The notes beneath the pieces are model-generated. The model made no database searches, had not been told where the DNA came from, and saw nothing but the letters and a program-made list of their open reading frames with translations. A program made the translations under genes and the position numbers. Below are positions 42,539 through 54,688 of a stretch of 64,000 nt of DNA, piece after piece (the stretch's first letter is position 1; each line of letters starts with the position of its first letter). Origin of the DNA: Mobula hypostoma (lineage: Eukaryota); assembly GCF_963921235.1 (NCBI RefSeq), contig NC_086097.1, positions 142,974,001 to 143,038,000 on the forward strand. Reading direction: 5' to 3'.

Positions 42539-43929
42539 GTACCTCTTCCTAGAGATGCTGCCTGGCCTGCTGCGTTCACCAGCAACTTTGATGTGTGTTG
42601 CTTAAACTCTCCTAAATAGCCTTAGCAAACCTCCCTGCCAGGATATTGGTTCCCCCTTGGATTCAAGTGCAATCTGTCCTTTTTGTACAGGTCACACCTG
42701 CCCCAAAAGAGGTCCCAATGATCCAGAAATCTGAATCCCTGCCCCCGTTCCAATTTCTCAACCATACATTTATCCTCCACCTCATTCTATTCCTATACTC
42801 GCTGTCATGTGGCACAGGCAGTAATCCCGAGATTACTACCTTTGAGGTCCTGCTTCTGAACTTCCTTCCTAACTCCCTGTAGTCTGTTTTCAGGACCTCC
42901 TCCTTTTTCCTACCAGTGTCGTTGGTACCAATATGTACCACGACCTCTGACTGTTCTCCTTCCCATTGCAGGATATCGTGGGCGCGATCAGAAACATCCC
43001 AGACCCTGACACCTGGGAGGCAAACTACCATTCGTGTTTCTTTCCTGCGTCCACAGAATCGCCTGTCGGACCCCCTAACTATGGAGTCCCCTATTACTGC
43101 TGCCATCCTCTTCCTTTCCCTACCTTTCTGAGCCACAAGGCCAGACTCTGTGCCAGAGGTACGGCCACTGTTGCTTCCCCCAGGTAGGCTGAACCGCCCC
43201 CACCCCCCCAACAATACTCAAGCAGAAGTACATATTGTTAAGGGGGACAGCTATTGGAGTACTCTCTAGTATCTGACTCTTGCCCTTCCTTCTCCTGTTA
43301 CCCACTTAACTGTCTCCCGAGGCCCCAGTGTGACCTACTTGCCTATAGCTCCTCTCTTTCACCTCCTCACTTTCCCTGACCAGTCGAAGGTCATCGAATT
43401 GCATCTCCAGTTCCCTAACCCAGTCCCTAAGGTGCTGCAGCTCAATGCACCTGGTGCAGGTGTGGCTGTCCGGGAGGCTGGGAGTCCCCTGGACGTTCCC
43501 CATGTGACACATAGTACAGAACAGTGGCCTCACAGACATACTTCCTGTTTCTATTCCTCACAAGTAACTTACCTCGCCTCAGCCCGTTATTGCTGAAGCC
43601 CCGTTGAGCCAAAGCCCTCGTACTTTGTCTCCCTCTACTCTGCCACCCACTATATAAAATTCTCTTCCTTTTAAACTCTTCCCGCCAGTCTGACTCGCTG
43701 AAGTCCATGCACTTGTACAGTTGTGCCTCGATCAAACTGCTGAAGAAAGAACTGTCTCCTTTTAAACTCTTCCCGCTGGTCTAACTTGCTGACACCCACA
43801 CGCTTACGCGGTCATGCCCCGATGAAAACCTGGCTGTAAGATCATTCCTGATTCGTTCCCCCACCTACTTCCCAGCAACCTTCTCTCTCTTGATCTTATC
43901 AAATCCTTCCTGAACTTCTGCCATCTTCT

Positions 43930-44116
43930 TTAATTAAGGGTAATTTACAGAAGCCAATGTCCCTTTAGACACAGATGGAAACTACAGCAGCTGGGAGGAA
44001 CCACGTTGCTTCACAGGGAAGGCATCTGAACTTCATACAGACTGTCAGTGAGGTCAGATCCCAAGCCGGGCCACTGGAACTGACTGGGAGCAGCACCACT
44101 GAGCCACCATGTTGCA
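43930..44116 (-). mobile_element. Old tRNA-derived SINE (HE1/V-SINE-like)
   Basis: Motifs acagggaagg...aacttcatacagac and gcagcacc...gagccaccatg, recalled as typical of this family. Confidence 0.5.
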
Positions 44117-44202
44117 ACTGAGAAGAAATATTTCAGAATTCGTTATAAATGTATATATGATCCACCTGTAGTAAACCAGGAGCTTGGAAGTGAAAAAGGG
44201 GG

Positions 44203-44416
44203 ACGTCAACTCAGACTATGAGAGGCCTGCGTCAGGCATTTTCATGCCTTACAAGGCGCAGATTGGAAGTCTGTTTGGGGCGCCACTCTTTGCACAGACA
44301 CTAGAGAAATGTGTGGTTAAGTGCCTTGCTCAAGGGCACAAACATGCTGCCACAGCTGAGGCTTGAACTAGTGACCTTCAGATCACTAGATGAACGCCTT
44401 AACCACTTGGCCACGG
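44203..44416 (-). mobile_element. tRNA-derived SINE
   Basis: Minus strand A box TGGCCAAGTGG and B box-like AGTTCAAGCC, then gtgcccttgagcaaggcacttaacc. Confidence 0.75.
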
Positions 44417-44859
44417 GACAAAACAGTTTAAAAAAAAAGAGAAAGGTCATCTGGACATCAGCAAACTATTGGAATTTATTATTAAATTTACAGCAGAAGG
44501 TCATTTAGAAATCATTATTGAATAGAATCAACATGGGTTCATTAAGGAAAAGTAAATATTTGCCTAATTTGTAGGAGTCTTTTGATGATATGATTATGAA
44601 GGGATATGAAAAGGAACCAGTGGACAACAGATGTGGATCTACAATACCAAACAAAAGGTTAGTTCATAAATTAAATTAAGTTAATGAGTCACGTAGTTGC
44701 CAGTTATACCTTGAGTAAAGGATTGATTAAAGAGCAGAAAAGCGTATCGAAAATGAATGTGTCATTTTCAGCCTGGTGTACTATTACCAATGGGGATCAA
44801 CACTGGCAGCTGAGCTCGTCACAGTTGTTTAAGGAATTGAATGAATAGGCAGAGAACAC

Positions 44860-45292
44860 ATCAGAATTAGCTTTAATATCACCGGCATATGTCATGAAAT
44901 TTGTTGTCTTTGTGGCAGCAGTACAATGCAAGACATATTAATAGAAAAAAAAACTGTGAATTACGGTAAATATATATATATAAATTTATATCTTTATATA
45001 GTTAAATTTATATATCTAAATTCAGTAAGTAGTGAAGAAATAGAAACAAAAAAGTAATGAGGCTGTGTTCATGGGTTCAATGTCCATTCAGAAATCAGAT
45101 GGGAGAAGGGAAGAAGCTGTTCCTGAATCATTGAGTGGGTTCCTTCAGGCTCCTGCAACTCTTTCCTGATGGTAGCAATGAGAATAAGACACGACCTGGG
45201 TGATGGGGGCCCGTTATGATGGACTCTGCCTTCTTGAGGCATCACTCCTTGAAGATATCCTGGATACTATGGAGGGTAGTGCCCATGATGGA
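44860..45292 (-). mobile_element. Rex1/Babar-type LINE 3' UTR fragment (another copy at about 16250-16440)
   Basis: atcagaatcag...ttaatat...catgaaat and gttcatgggttca...gtccattcagaaatc are shared between the two copies. Confidence 0.65.
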
Positions 45293-46148
45293 AATCATGT
45301 CATTGGAATTCTCTATCTCAGGGCCTATGAGTACATGCACACATGCAAGTTTGTTGGTTACATAAAATCAGCCAAGAAGGCTGGGATGCAAAGAATATGC
45401 AGAGATATAAACAAGTTAGGTAAGTTGGCAATAGCATAGCAAGTGTGGTGCTATGTGGGAAAACTTGGTAGGAAAAATAGGAAAACAGTTGTTAAACAGT
45501 GAGAAGTTATTAAGTGTTAATGTATCAAGTTATGTAGATGAGCAGAGTCATGAGGTGCAGTGAGTAAATTTGCAACCAATTAGGAGATAAAATTTATGTT
45601 GCTCATTATTGCAAAGGAGTTTGATTACAAAAGAAAAACACTTTGTTGGCTCTAATGGCTCCGGAGAACTGTGCACAAATTTGGTCTCCTTTGACGCATG
45701 AGGAGATTGTAGTGCTGGACAGATTCACCAAATTGAATCCTGATATGAGGGAGTGTCCTGTGAAGCAACATTTTATCTTTATTTTTGAAGGTTAGGGATC
45801 TCATTCAGACATAGCAATGCAATTAAAAGGACTTGAAAGATCCTTCCAGCTGGAGACCCTCAGTGAGGAGTCAGAATTTAAGGATTAGGGATTGGCTGTT
45901 CGAGCTAGGATTAGAAATTTCTTTTGCAGACGCTTCTATGTCATTGGAATTCTCTATCTCAGGGTGGTGGGTGGACATTCCAACTTTCCACGTATTATAT
46001 TCATGGCTGTGATTCATACATTTAACTTCTGCTAATGCTAAAGAGGGTTGGAGGATGTCAGGGAGATGAGGGAAGCAAACAGTCTGCTTGACACGAGCTG
46101 AAGCCTCAGATGCTGAGATCAAGATGCCACGTGTGCTGATTAACAAAC

Positions 46149-46286
46149 CTGCATATCATCCTGTATAATGTAGCCCAGGATAATCCTGAGGCCAATCTGA
46201 GCCATTTCCTTCAGATCAGATGTTCCATTGTCTGAATGGTACCAAACAGCGAGCTTGTCCAGTAAGTTAATAGTTCCTTCCAAAAT
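46149..46286 (-). CDS. NBEAL2: NBEAL2 exon (ILEGTINLLD...IQDDMQ), 138 nt
   Basis: gttttcag acceptor, CAG|gtttgt donor, phase 0/0. Confidence 0.9.
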
Positions 46287-46919
46287 CTGAAAACAGGAAA
46301 CACAGCAACTAATCACTTGATCTATCTTTATTGCACTCTCTTTCTATCTCCCTCTCTCTAAATATGAACATATATCTCTCTCTGTATCTGTATGTTTATT
46401 GCTATTCTCTTATCATAATATATATATTTCAAGCCTCAACAGACCCTTTGACTAGTGTTACAGACCAGTTCATTTCTGTCCTCCAACAACAAACTGCAAA
46501 AATTTGCAGCAGTTAGGATACTGATCAAAACCAAACATGTGCACTCAGTTGTATTTTTTCTGATAATTATGTGTGGATATGGTTGCCATCAGCAAAATGC
46601 CATCATCGGTTTGCAGTGGCCTTTTCTCTTGAACACTACGGTTCACATGGTGGGACAATGTCGCATGAGCAATGCTACTCAGTGAAGGAATTCCATCTCA
46701 ACAATCTCCCCATTCAGTAGAGATGAACTGTGCCAGATTTAGCTAATAGTGCAACCTAGGATGGTCAAGTTTATAAGGCATAAGAACCACATTACACCCT
46801 GCACATCCCCACCTCTCCTCAGTTCCACAGAGTCATTAAAGCAAGCCCAATCTCCATTCATCTCTGACAGACACCATCACCCCACCATCTGCTGCTCTAC
46901 ACCCATAGCCACTACTTAC

Positions 46920-47079
46920 CTTTTCACTCCACAGCACTTGATTGCTCTGGCCTTCTGAAAAAAGGAAGTCTTGAAGCAGCCGGAGCAGCTTCAGAACATT
47001 GTGAATGTGGCTGGTCAGCATAGTATTTGTGGAATCCTTGATGTCAGAGAATGCAGACTCCAGCATCATCTCCAACAAG
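46920..47079 (-). CDS. NBEAL2: NBEAL2 exon (SLLEMMLESA...LWSEK), 160 nt
   Basis: ttacag acceptor, AAG|gtaagt donor, phase 2/0. Confidence 0.92.
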
Positions 47080-48772
47080 CTGTAATTCAGAGCGAGAAAA
47101 AACAATCACATTGTCAATGCTATAACAGAATTTATCCAGCATTGATAAAACCTTGGATCTAGAACCAAGCTCGCAGTCTACAGGGCAGCAGTGATCCATT
47201 TTACTTCAGAGACCTTATAGTAGGCATTGCAGTCACTGGAAAAATATCACAATGCTTACTTTGAAAAATCCTTCAATTTCAGTGGAAGGTTAAGAAAACC
47301 AATGCTTATTGTCCTCTCCCAGGTCAACATCACTGCATTGGTGCTCTAGTTAAACCCATTCAGCAATACTGCCAATACTAGTTTTCTGAAACAGGATGTC
47401 TATTCTAAGCTCCATCTAGTGAGATAATCAGGTGGACAGAGATAAAGGATCATGACTGAGTTCAAAGCTACCTTGAAGATGTATACCATAAATTTCCATT
47501 CCAGGGAACCTGTGCCCAACTGACTCTTCACAGTGGAGAAGGACTGGTCTGGATGGTATTGAGAACCTCAGGTCCATGAAGCAGATGCAAGGAAGCCCTG
47601 TCCAAGTGATGGAAGACCACTTTCTAGTTTTCAAGAACTAGCAACAAAGTTTGCTTGGTGTTTATGTCAATGTTAAACCCTCAAGCAATCAATCTAATGG
47701 AGGTATGTGTGATACAGGTTTTGTGGAATCTTTCCATGTGCCTACTGATTTCTCTATTAGTTACGAACTGTGGGTGTCACTTGCGAAGCCGATATTTATT
47801 GTCTACACTTAATTGCTCTTGTGAAGGACACCTTGTACAGCTGCATCCTTCTAGCTAAGGTATTCTACAGTGCTGTTCAGTTTAAACTTCCACTACTTAG
47901 ATCCAGTATTGAAGGAAAAGTAATATATCAACAAGTCAGGATGTTTCCTAATTTGAAAGAAAAACTGCAGGGTGTGGTTTTCTGGTTACATGTTACAGTT
48001 GACTTTGAAGATGAGTTCACGTGTTTGGGAAGTATTGTTAGCTTAGCTTTGATGAGTTAAGTACAATGCCTTTGGAGATGGTGCACACTATAATCACAGT
48101 AATCGAGAAAGCAATTGTTTAGCATTATACAACCAGGCACAAAGACAGCTTCTACCCATTATTGTCAGACTTTTGAATGGATCTCTTATACAATAATATG
48201 GACTCTTAGTCACACAATTTACCTCGTTATGCTTTTGCACTTTATCATTTTCTTTCATTGCACTTTTTCCATAACTTTGACACTTTAATCTGTATTGTTA
48301 TTGTTTTACCGTATTCTAGCTCAATGCACTGTGGAATGATTTGGTCTGTATAAACAATATGTAAGACAAGGTTTTCACTGTATCTTGGTATATGTGACAA
48401 TAATAAACCAATACCAATAAATAAGCTGCCAATCAGCTGGCCTTATTCATTGAACAGTACAGAACAGGCCCTTCCGGCCTAATGAGCCACACTGACGAGC
48501 AACCCGCCCATTTAACCTTCGCCTAACCTTGGGACAAATTACAATGACCAATTAACCTACTAACTGGTACCTATTTAGACTGTGGAGGGAAACCAGACAA
48601 CTGGGATTTTGACCAAAGCAGTAATGATGTCTAAAACCCAGTTGGCCTGGCAAAACCCAATGCAAACACCCATGATAGGTTTATAGCTGAGATAGTACTA
48701 GTGACAATGCCATTCATCACTTTGTTGATGATTGAGTGCAAATGATGGGATAATAATTGGTTATATTCAACC

Positions 48773-49179
48773 ATTGTCTCTGTGGATTGTCAGCTTGTTG
48801 CGGTGGAGAGGCTTGTGTGGTCCTGAGATCCCGAGAGCGATGCCGTCTGGAGCCATGCTCCTGGTAGGGTCACCCATGGCGGTAAGGTCGAGGGTGAGGT
48901 CCCTGACAAAGAGCAATCCAACCAAGACCTCAACGGTGAAACAGGCAGACGAAGTTACTTCGAACTCAACGGCTGTGAAGGCCGATGAAGGCTGCAACAA
49001 ATCCATCAGCCATCGTGGTTTCCATGCCATTGGAATAAGTCGGTTGATTTGTGAAGTATCATGTGCTTCTTGGAGTGCAACATCAAGTACACGTTAAACA
49101 AATACATGCACAGGCGTCTTCGCGTTGTACAGAACGAAGACCATCATCCTCGACCTCGAGGGATAGCCACGACGACGGG
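48773..49179 (+). mobile_element. RTE (Rex3/Expander-like) derived short non-autonomous element with candidate 5' HDV-like ribozyme
   Basis: Flanking near-direct repeat atattcaacc / atattcgacc (48763-72, 49180-89); 5' part resembles RTE 5' UTRs as recalled; short GAC-repeat tail; CpG retained. Confidence 0.65.
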
Positions 49180-50431
49180 ATATTCGACCGATCCTGATTT
49201 TTCTTGATAGGGCACACTGAGGTGATCTTCCACTTTGTTATGTGGAAATCAATGGTGATATTTTGAAGAGTTTGGATAGAGGTGCAGCTGGCGCTGATGA
49301 ACATCTTAGATTGTGGTGGAGTGCAGTTCTTTTGCTGCTCATGGTCCACAATGCTACAGTTACAGTACCCCTAATTTTGTGTCCTGCATCAGTTGCATTT
49401 AACACAACTGCAATGCCACACCACTGGGTAAAGGGTGTCCTCTGTTGAGAATGGTAATCTATATTGACTGTGTAGTACCAATAATGCTATAAATATGCTG
49501 CTACAACAAATACACTGGGGAGAATGAGATCAAGTGGCCCTAGTTTACCATCTGTTATACTCTTGGTCTGAACATAGGACTGGGTGGTAACAGGATATTT
49601 GCTCATTGGTGTTTGACCTGAAGATTGCCAAGGCCACCCCCTTCTAACTCCATACCTCTGCATCACCCTCAATATTTTCACAATATATTCAGGTTTCCAA
49701 ATGGGTTCCTTGATGTAGCTCAATAAATTCAACATCAAAACCTGGGCAACACCATTGCAAGGTCAATTGTGCTGGGCTTTGAAATCAAGATTTTGCGGAT
49801 CCAGGATCTACAAAAACATTTCAAATTTTACTTTGCATGGAACTGATTAGAACTTGCATTGTTTACTGTGATCGATTGTACTTATGTTGACAACTGAAGT
49901 CCCAATTACCATGTTAAGCACATGGCATTTTATGGCACCCTTCTTTAAAATGAAGCCTGCAAAATTAGGGCTACAAGCAATCCCCTGTCTGAAGCCATTA
50001 CCAAGCAAGGGAATTCAAAATTGACTGCATTCAGTTTAAACTGTTTGGTCTTCCTTTGTTGCTGTCAGTTGCACAGCAGAGAGACTAGAAATCTGAAATA
50101 AATTACTGAAAATATTATTGACTAGGAATGTATTTTTCACTCTGAAGATGCTGCTTATCTGTAGAGTAATTCCAGAATTTCCCTTTTCATTTCTGATAAT
50201 TTATCTTCAATTTAGCATCAATCCTCAAATACTTCAACATCTGAAAATTTATTCCGTGAACTTTTTTTCTCTTGTTTACTTAAGCCAGGCTTTGTCTTAA
50301 AACAATCAAAGAACTGCACTCCCAATAAGGAGTCCACTTTTTTAAAAATATATTTACACACAGTTGTTTCCTTCAGTTTAGTAACTGGCTTTGGAGAGGG
50401 ATGGATGATTAAAGGGTGAACCCTGTGTTTA

Positions 50432-50973
50432 TACTCAGTGGCCACTTTATTAAGTAGCTCCTGTACCTAATAAAAAGGCTACTAGGTGTATGTTCATGGT
50501 CTTCTATTGCTCGTATACTTCAAGATTGGATGTGTTGTGCACTCAGAGATGTTCTTTTCCACACCGTTGTTGTAACACATGTTTATTTTAGTTTCTGTCA
50601 CCTTCCAGTCAGCTTGAACTGGGCTGGCCATTCTCCTCTGATCTCTCTCATTAACAAGGCATTTTTGTCCATAGAACTGCAGCTCACTGGATGTTTCTCA
50701 CCACCATTCTCTGTAAACTTTAGAGACTGTTGTGCATGAAGATCCCAGGAGATCAGCAATTTCTGAGATACTCAAGCGCCAACAATCATTCCATGGTGAA
50801 AGTCACTTAGATTACATTGCTCAACATTGTGATAGTTTGTCTGAATAACAACTGAACCTCTTGACCATGTCTGCATGCTTTTATGCATTGACTTGCTGCC
50901 ACATGATTGGCTGATTAGATATTTGCATTAACGAGCAGATGTAGAGGTGTACCTAATAAAGTGGCCACTGAGT
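50432..50973 (-). mobile_element. Tc1/mariner-derived non-autonomous element (copy 3)
   Basis: TIRs actcagtggccactttatta / taataaagtggccactgagt. Confidence 0.85.
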
Positions 50974-51002
50974 TGTAATTGACATTAATGTACAATACAG
51001 AC

Positions 51003-51181
51003 CTTCTTTTGATTTCATCTGGTGGATGCACCAGCTCACAAGCTGCCCCAAGTTTGGTCAGGACCGAAAAGACCTGTCCTCGCTCTTTCCAAGCTGCATC
51101 TTCACAACCTTCCACCCCTCGCCATGTTACAGAGAAGATGATATTAGTCAGCAAGTTGCAAAGCTCTTCCTCTGGTGTTTG
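51003..51181 (-). CDS. NBEAL2: NBEAL2 exon (QTPEEELCNLLTN...PPDEIKR), 179 nt
   Basis: cttcccag acceptor, AG|gtctgt donor, phase 0/2. Confidence 0.92.
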
Positions 51182-52759
51182 CTGGGAAGAGAAATAAAAT
51201 GATTGAGGTAATTTTATTATCAGATTTTTTTCAGTTCCATATTGCTACGACAAGCTTTTTGAAGGTCACAAACAACTCTAGGTGCTCCACAGACTTATAA
51301 GCAAAATGAATGAAGGGCAACAGGGAGGTTTAAAAGAATTATAACAATCTTGGTAAAGGAAGGAGATTTTAAGGACAACAAGAGGGGTGCTATTTCTACA
51401 GTCCCTGATAATGGATGTTATCTGACTGCTGGTGTTCAGGTAGAAGAAGAGGCAAGGTTTTAGGGTATGACAAAATTGTTGAGGTATGGGAGGATTGATC
51501 GAAATTATTCAAATATCGGAATAAAGCGATGAGGGATTGGAAACCTATGAATATGGTCATTGCCAGAGTTGATCAAATAATTATTCTTAATGCAGGATAG
51601 GATACAAGCAAGAAAGTTTTGATGAGCTGAAGATCCTAAGTCGATGCAGTAGCTGGGACCAGAGCAGCCTTGGTTCTGGAGCTGTTAAGTAAGTGGATGA
51701 GGATGGGTAATAAAATGAAACTAAAAGGCTTCCTGATCAATGGATGGAGTAAGGTTTTATTCTTTGAATTGAAGATAGCTCTTCCCTAATTGCTTCTGTT
51801 CTTACATTGCCAAAAAAACTTGCTAAGCAAATTGAAGTTTTGTGTGCTGTGCCCTGTTGCACAGAGAACATTTCAAGTCTCTACGGGGAGTAGTGAAGAG
51901 GGAAAAGAACAAAGATTTTGTGTAATTCACAGGAAACATGAGATATTGTAGATGAGAAATGCTGTACACTTGTGAATTAATACAAATCTGAAGGTCTGGA
52001 GCCACATAGGGATGTATCGAGTTGCTAATTGACCGATGGTTTAAAATGTTTATGCTGGATGACAAGAAGCCTGCCTTTAACTTCAATGTTTCTTTTTGAT
52101 GAGATTCCTCTTGGTCAAACATATGGCAGAGGGGAATAAGTTATTAGACTGACACTGCCATGGACAAGTTTGGCTGAATGGACCGTCTGTATGCTATTTT
52201 CCCCACGCAGCCCTATGTAGTTCGATGAGATACATACTTTGACTCATGCTGGAAGTACCAATGCATGAACATACAACACAGCCCTAACATGAACTTCCAT
52301 CTTCTTGGGAAGAGCAGAGGAAGTTGAAGGAATCAACAAAATGATTATTTCATCGGGGAGCAGTCAAATGGGCACATCAACATTTGACTTCCAGGAATTC
52401 TAATGTCTCATTTAAAGTGATCAAGATTATGTCAGAGGCTTTGTAAGCGTAACTATGGGCTTCATTTCAATTTAACTTAAGTACTTCTTAAACCAACTTC
52501 TGGAATGTTTTATGTTCTGTTTTGTTGCTGGGAGGATAATTAATGCTGGGCTTGAGGTGCTATTCATTTTTAAACTAAGGATGCTCTTTTTTTAAAATCA
52601 GTAGTTATTTCTTTTCAGGCAAACAACAGCACAGGTTAGATATTGTGCAGCATTCCCATTACGCAGAGCCATCAAACACCCAAGTAGGTTATAGCATGGA
52701 TGAGATATGAAGTGGAATTCTGTATGGGCCAGATTCTGCTTTAACTCCATCTACAAGTT

Positions 52760-53492
52760 TACAGATGGTTATTGTCTTCAGAAAGGGGGTGGTGCACATT
52801 CTCCTGCTTACAGATGAGGTTGAGAGCGTTGACAGCTTCAAGTTCCTTGGAGTGAACATCACTAACAGACTATCCTGCTCCAACCAGGTAAACACCATGG
52901 CCATGAAAGTGCACCCCTACTTCCTTTGGAGGATAAAGAAATTTGGCATGTCCCATTTGGCCCTTACCAATTTTTATCAATATGCCATTGAACGCTTCCT
53001 ATCCAGATGGCAACTACTCTGCCCAAGACTGGAAGAAACTCCAGTTGTGGACACAGCTCATCACATCATGGAAAACTGCCTCCTCTCCTTGGACTGTCTA
53101 CATTTCTCACTAACTCAGTACAGTAGTCATCATAATTAATGAACCCATCTGCCCTGTCATTCTCTCTCCTTTCCCCTCCCCCTGCGTAGAAGATAGAAAA
53201 GCCAGAGAACACATATCACCAGTCTCAAGGCTCTATTGTTGTTAGAAGACTAGTTAACTGTCTCCTAGTATGATAAGAGGGACTCTTAAACACGCAATCC
53301 ACCCTGTTACAGCTTTGTGTCTTATTCTCTGCCTGTGCTGAACTTTCCCTGTAACTGTAACACTTTATTCTGTATTCTGTTATTGTTCTACCTCAACACA
53401 GGGTTGCTATGAAATTACCTGTATGTATAGCATGAAAAACAAAGCTTTTCCACTGAAACTCGAATGTGACAACAATAAGCCTATTTACCAAT
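52760..53492 (+). mobile_element. Rex1/Babar-type LINE 3' fragment, degraded
   Basis: VESVDSFKFLGVNIT...YFLWRIKKFGMS...LTNFYQYAIE. Confidence 0.7.
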
Positions 53493-53539
53493 TATCTCAT
53501 TGTCACATTGGGTGATCATTTACTTTAAGCATATCACAA

Positions 53540-54620
53540 TACGGAATAGGAACAGGCCCTTTGCTCACGATGTCTTTGCAAATCTAAGCAGTGTCATCTG
53601 ACTGTGCAAGGTCTATATTCTGCTGTCCTCTGCTCATATGTGTTTGTCCAAATGTCTCTTAAACATTACGATCATAGCTGCTTCTATCATCTCCCTGGTG
53701 GTGTGTTCCTGGTATCTAACACTGTGTAAAACACTTGTTTTCAAAGTTCAAAGTAAGTGTTATTATCAGAGTACATACAGTATATGTCACCATATACAAC
53801 CCTGAGATTAATTTTCTTGTGGACATGCTCAGCAAATCTTTAGAATAGTAACCATAACAGAATCAATGAAAGATTAACCAGAGTGCAGAAGACAACAAAT
53901 GGAAATATAAATAAATAGCAATAATAACGAGAACATGAAATAATGAGATAAAATGTTCTTAAAGTGAAATCACTAGATGTAAGAACTTTTCAATGATGGA
54001 GCAAGTGAGTGTCATTTTCCCTTTTTATTCAAGAGCCTGATGGTTGACAGGTAGTTTTGTATAGCTCCTTAAACTTTCTCCCTTCTCACCTTAAACCTAT
54101 GCCTTTTAGTATTTGCGACTTCCATTCAGTGAAAAACATTGTCTAGTTACCCTATCCATTGCTGTCATAACATAGTTCTACAAGGTTGCCCCCTCAGTCC
54201 CGATGCTCCAGAGAAAACCATCAATACAAGTCTGTCCGACCCCTCCAAATAGCTAACACTCTCTCTAAACCAGGCAACAGACTGGCAATCCTCTTCTGCA
54301 CCTTCTCCAAAGTCTCCACCCTGTTCCTGTAAAATAGCACCCAGAAATGAACTCAATGTTTCTGACGTGGCCTTACCAGTTTTATACAGCTGCAACATAA
54401 CTTCCTGACTTTTATACTAAACACCCTACACTATTTAGGCAAGTATGCCATACACCTTCTTCACTACTATACATACTTGTGTTGTCACTTTCAGGGAGCT
54501 ATGGGCCCGCACCCCAAAATCCCCCCGTACATCAGTATTCCTAACGGTCCTGCCATTTACTGCATACTTTCCTCTTACACTTGACCTCTTAAGTGCAACA
54601 TTTCACATGTTATGCCCTGA
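53540..54620 (-). mobile_element. CR1 3' fragment with an internal LINE-tail insertion (about 53743-54055)
   Basis: MLQLYKT remnant and CR1-type 3' UTR; insert starts aaagttcaaagtaag, like 23977. Confidence 0.6.
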
Positions 54621-54688
54621 TGAAAACCCACCAAATGAATAGATAGAAAAAGAAATACTGTAATAAAGCCAATGGGTCATTATGTTAC

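Larger units (their letters stand above)
41855..42601. mobile_element. Penelope-like composite insertion with inverted terminal repeats and 12 bp TSD
   Basis: Arms about 41887-42150 and 42340-42603 are inverted; TSD ttaaactctcct at 41843-41854 and 42602-42613. Confidence 0.85.
38712..43830 (-). mobile_element. Near full-length CR1 LINE: ORF1 with zinc-knuckle/coiled coil and SGNH esterase, ORF2 with endonuclease and RT; frameshifted; two Penelope-like insertions
   Basis: CTMC..CTRC; VIGDSIVRG and VVVHIGTND; GVFYRPP, LDLVL, GDSDH; YMDFSKAFDKVPH; SGVPQGSVLGP, FADD; CR1-type 3' tail. Confidence 0.92.

Noticed and set aside
42663..43214. Stand-alone SGNH esterase gene
   Set aside because: It is the known esterase domain of CR1 ORF1, frameshifted and embedded in the LINE.
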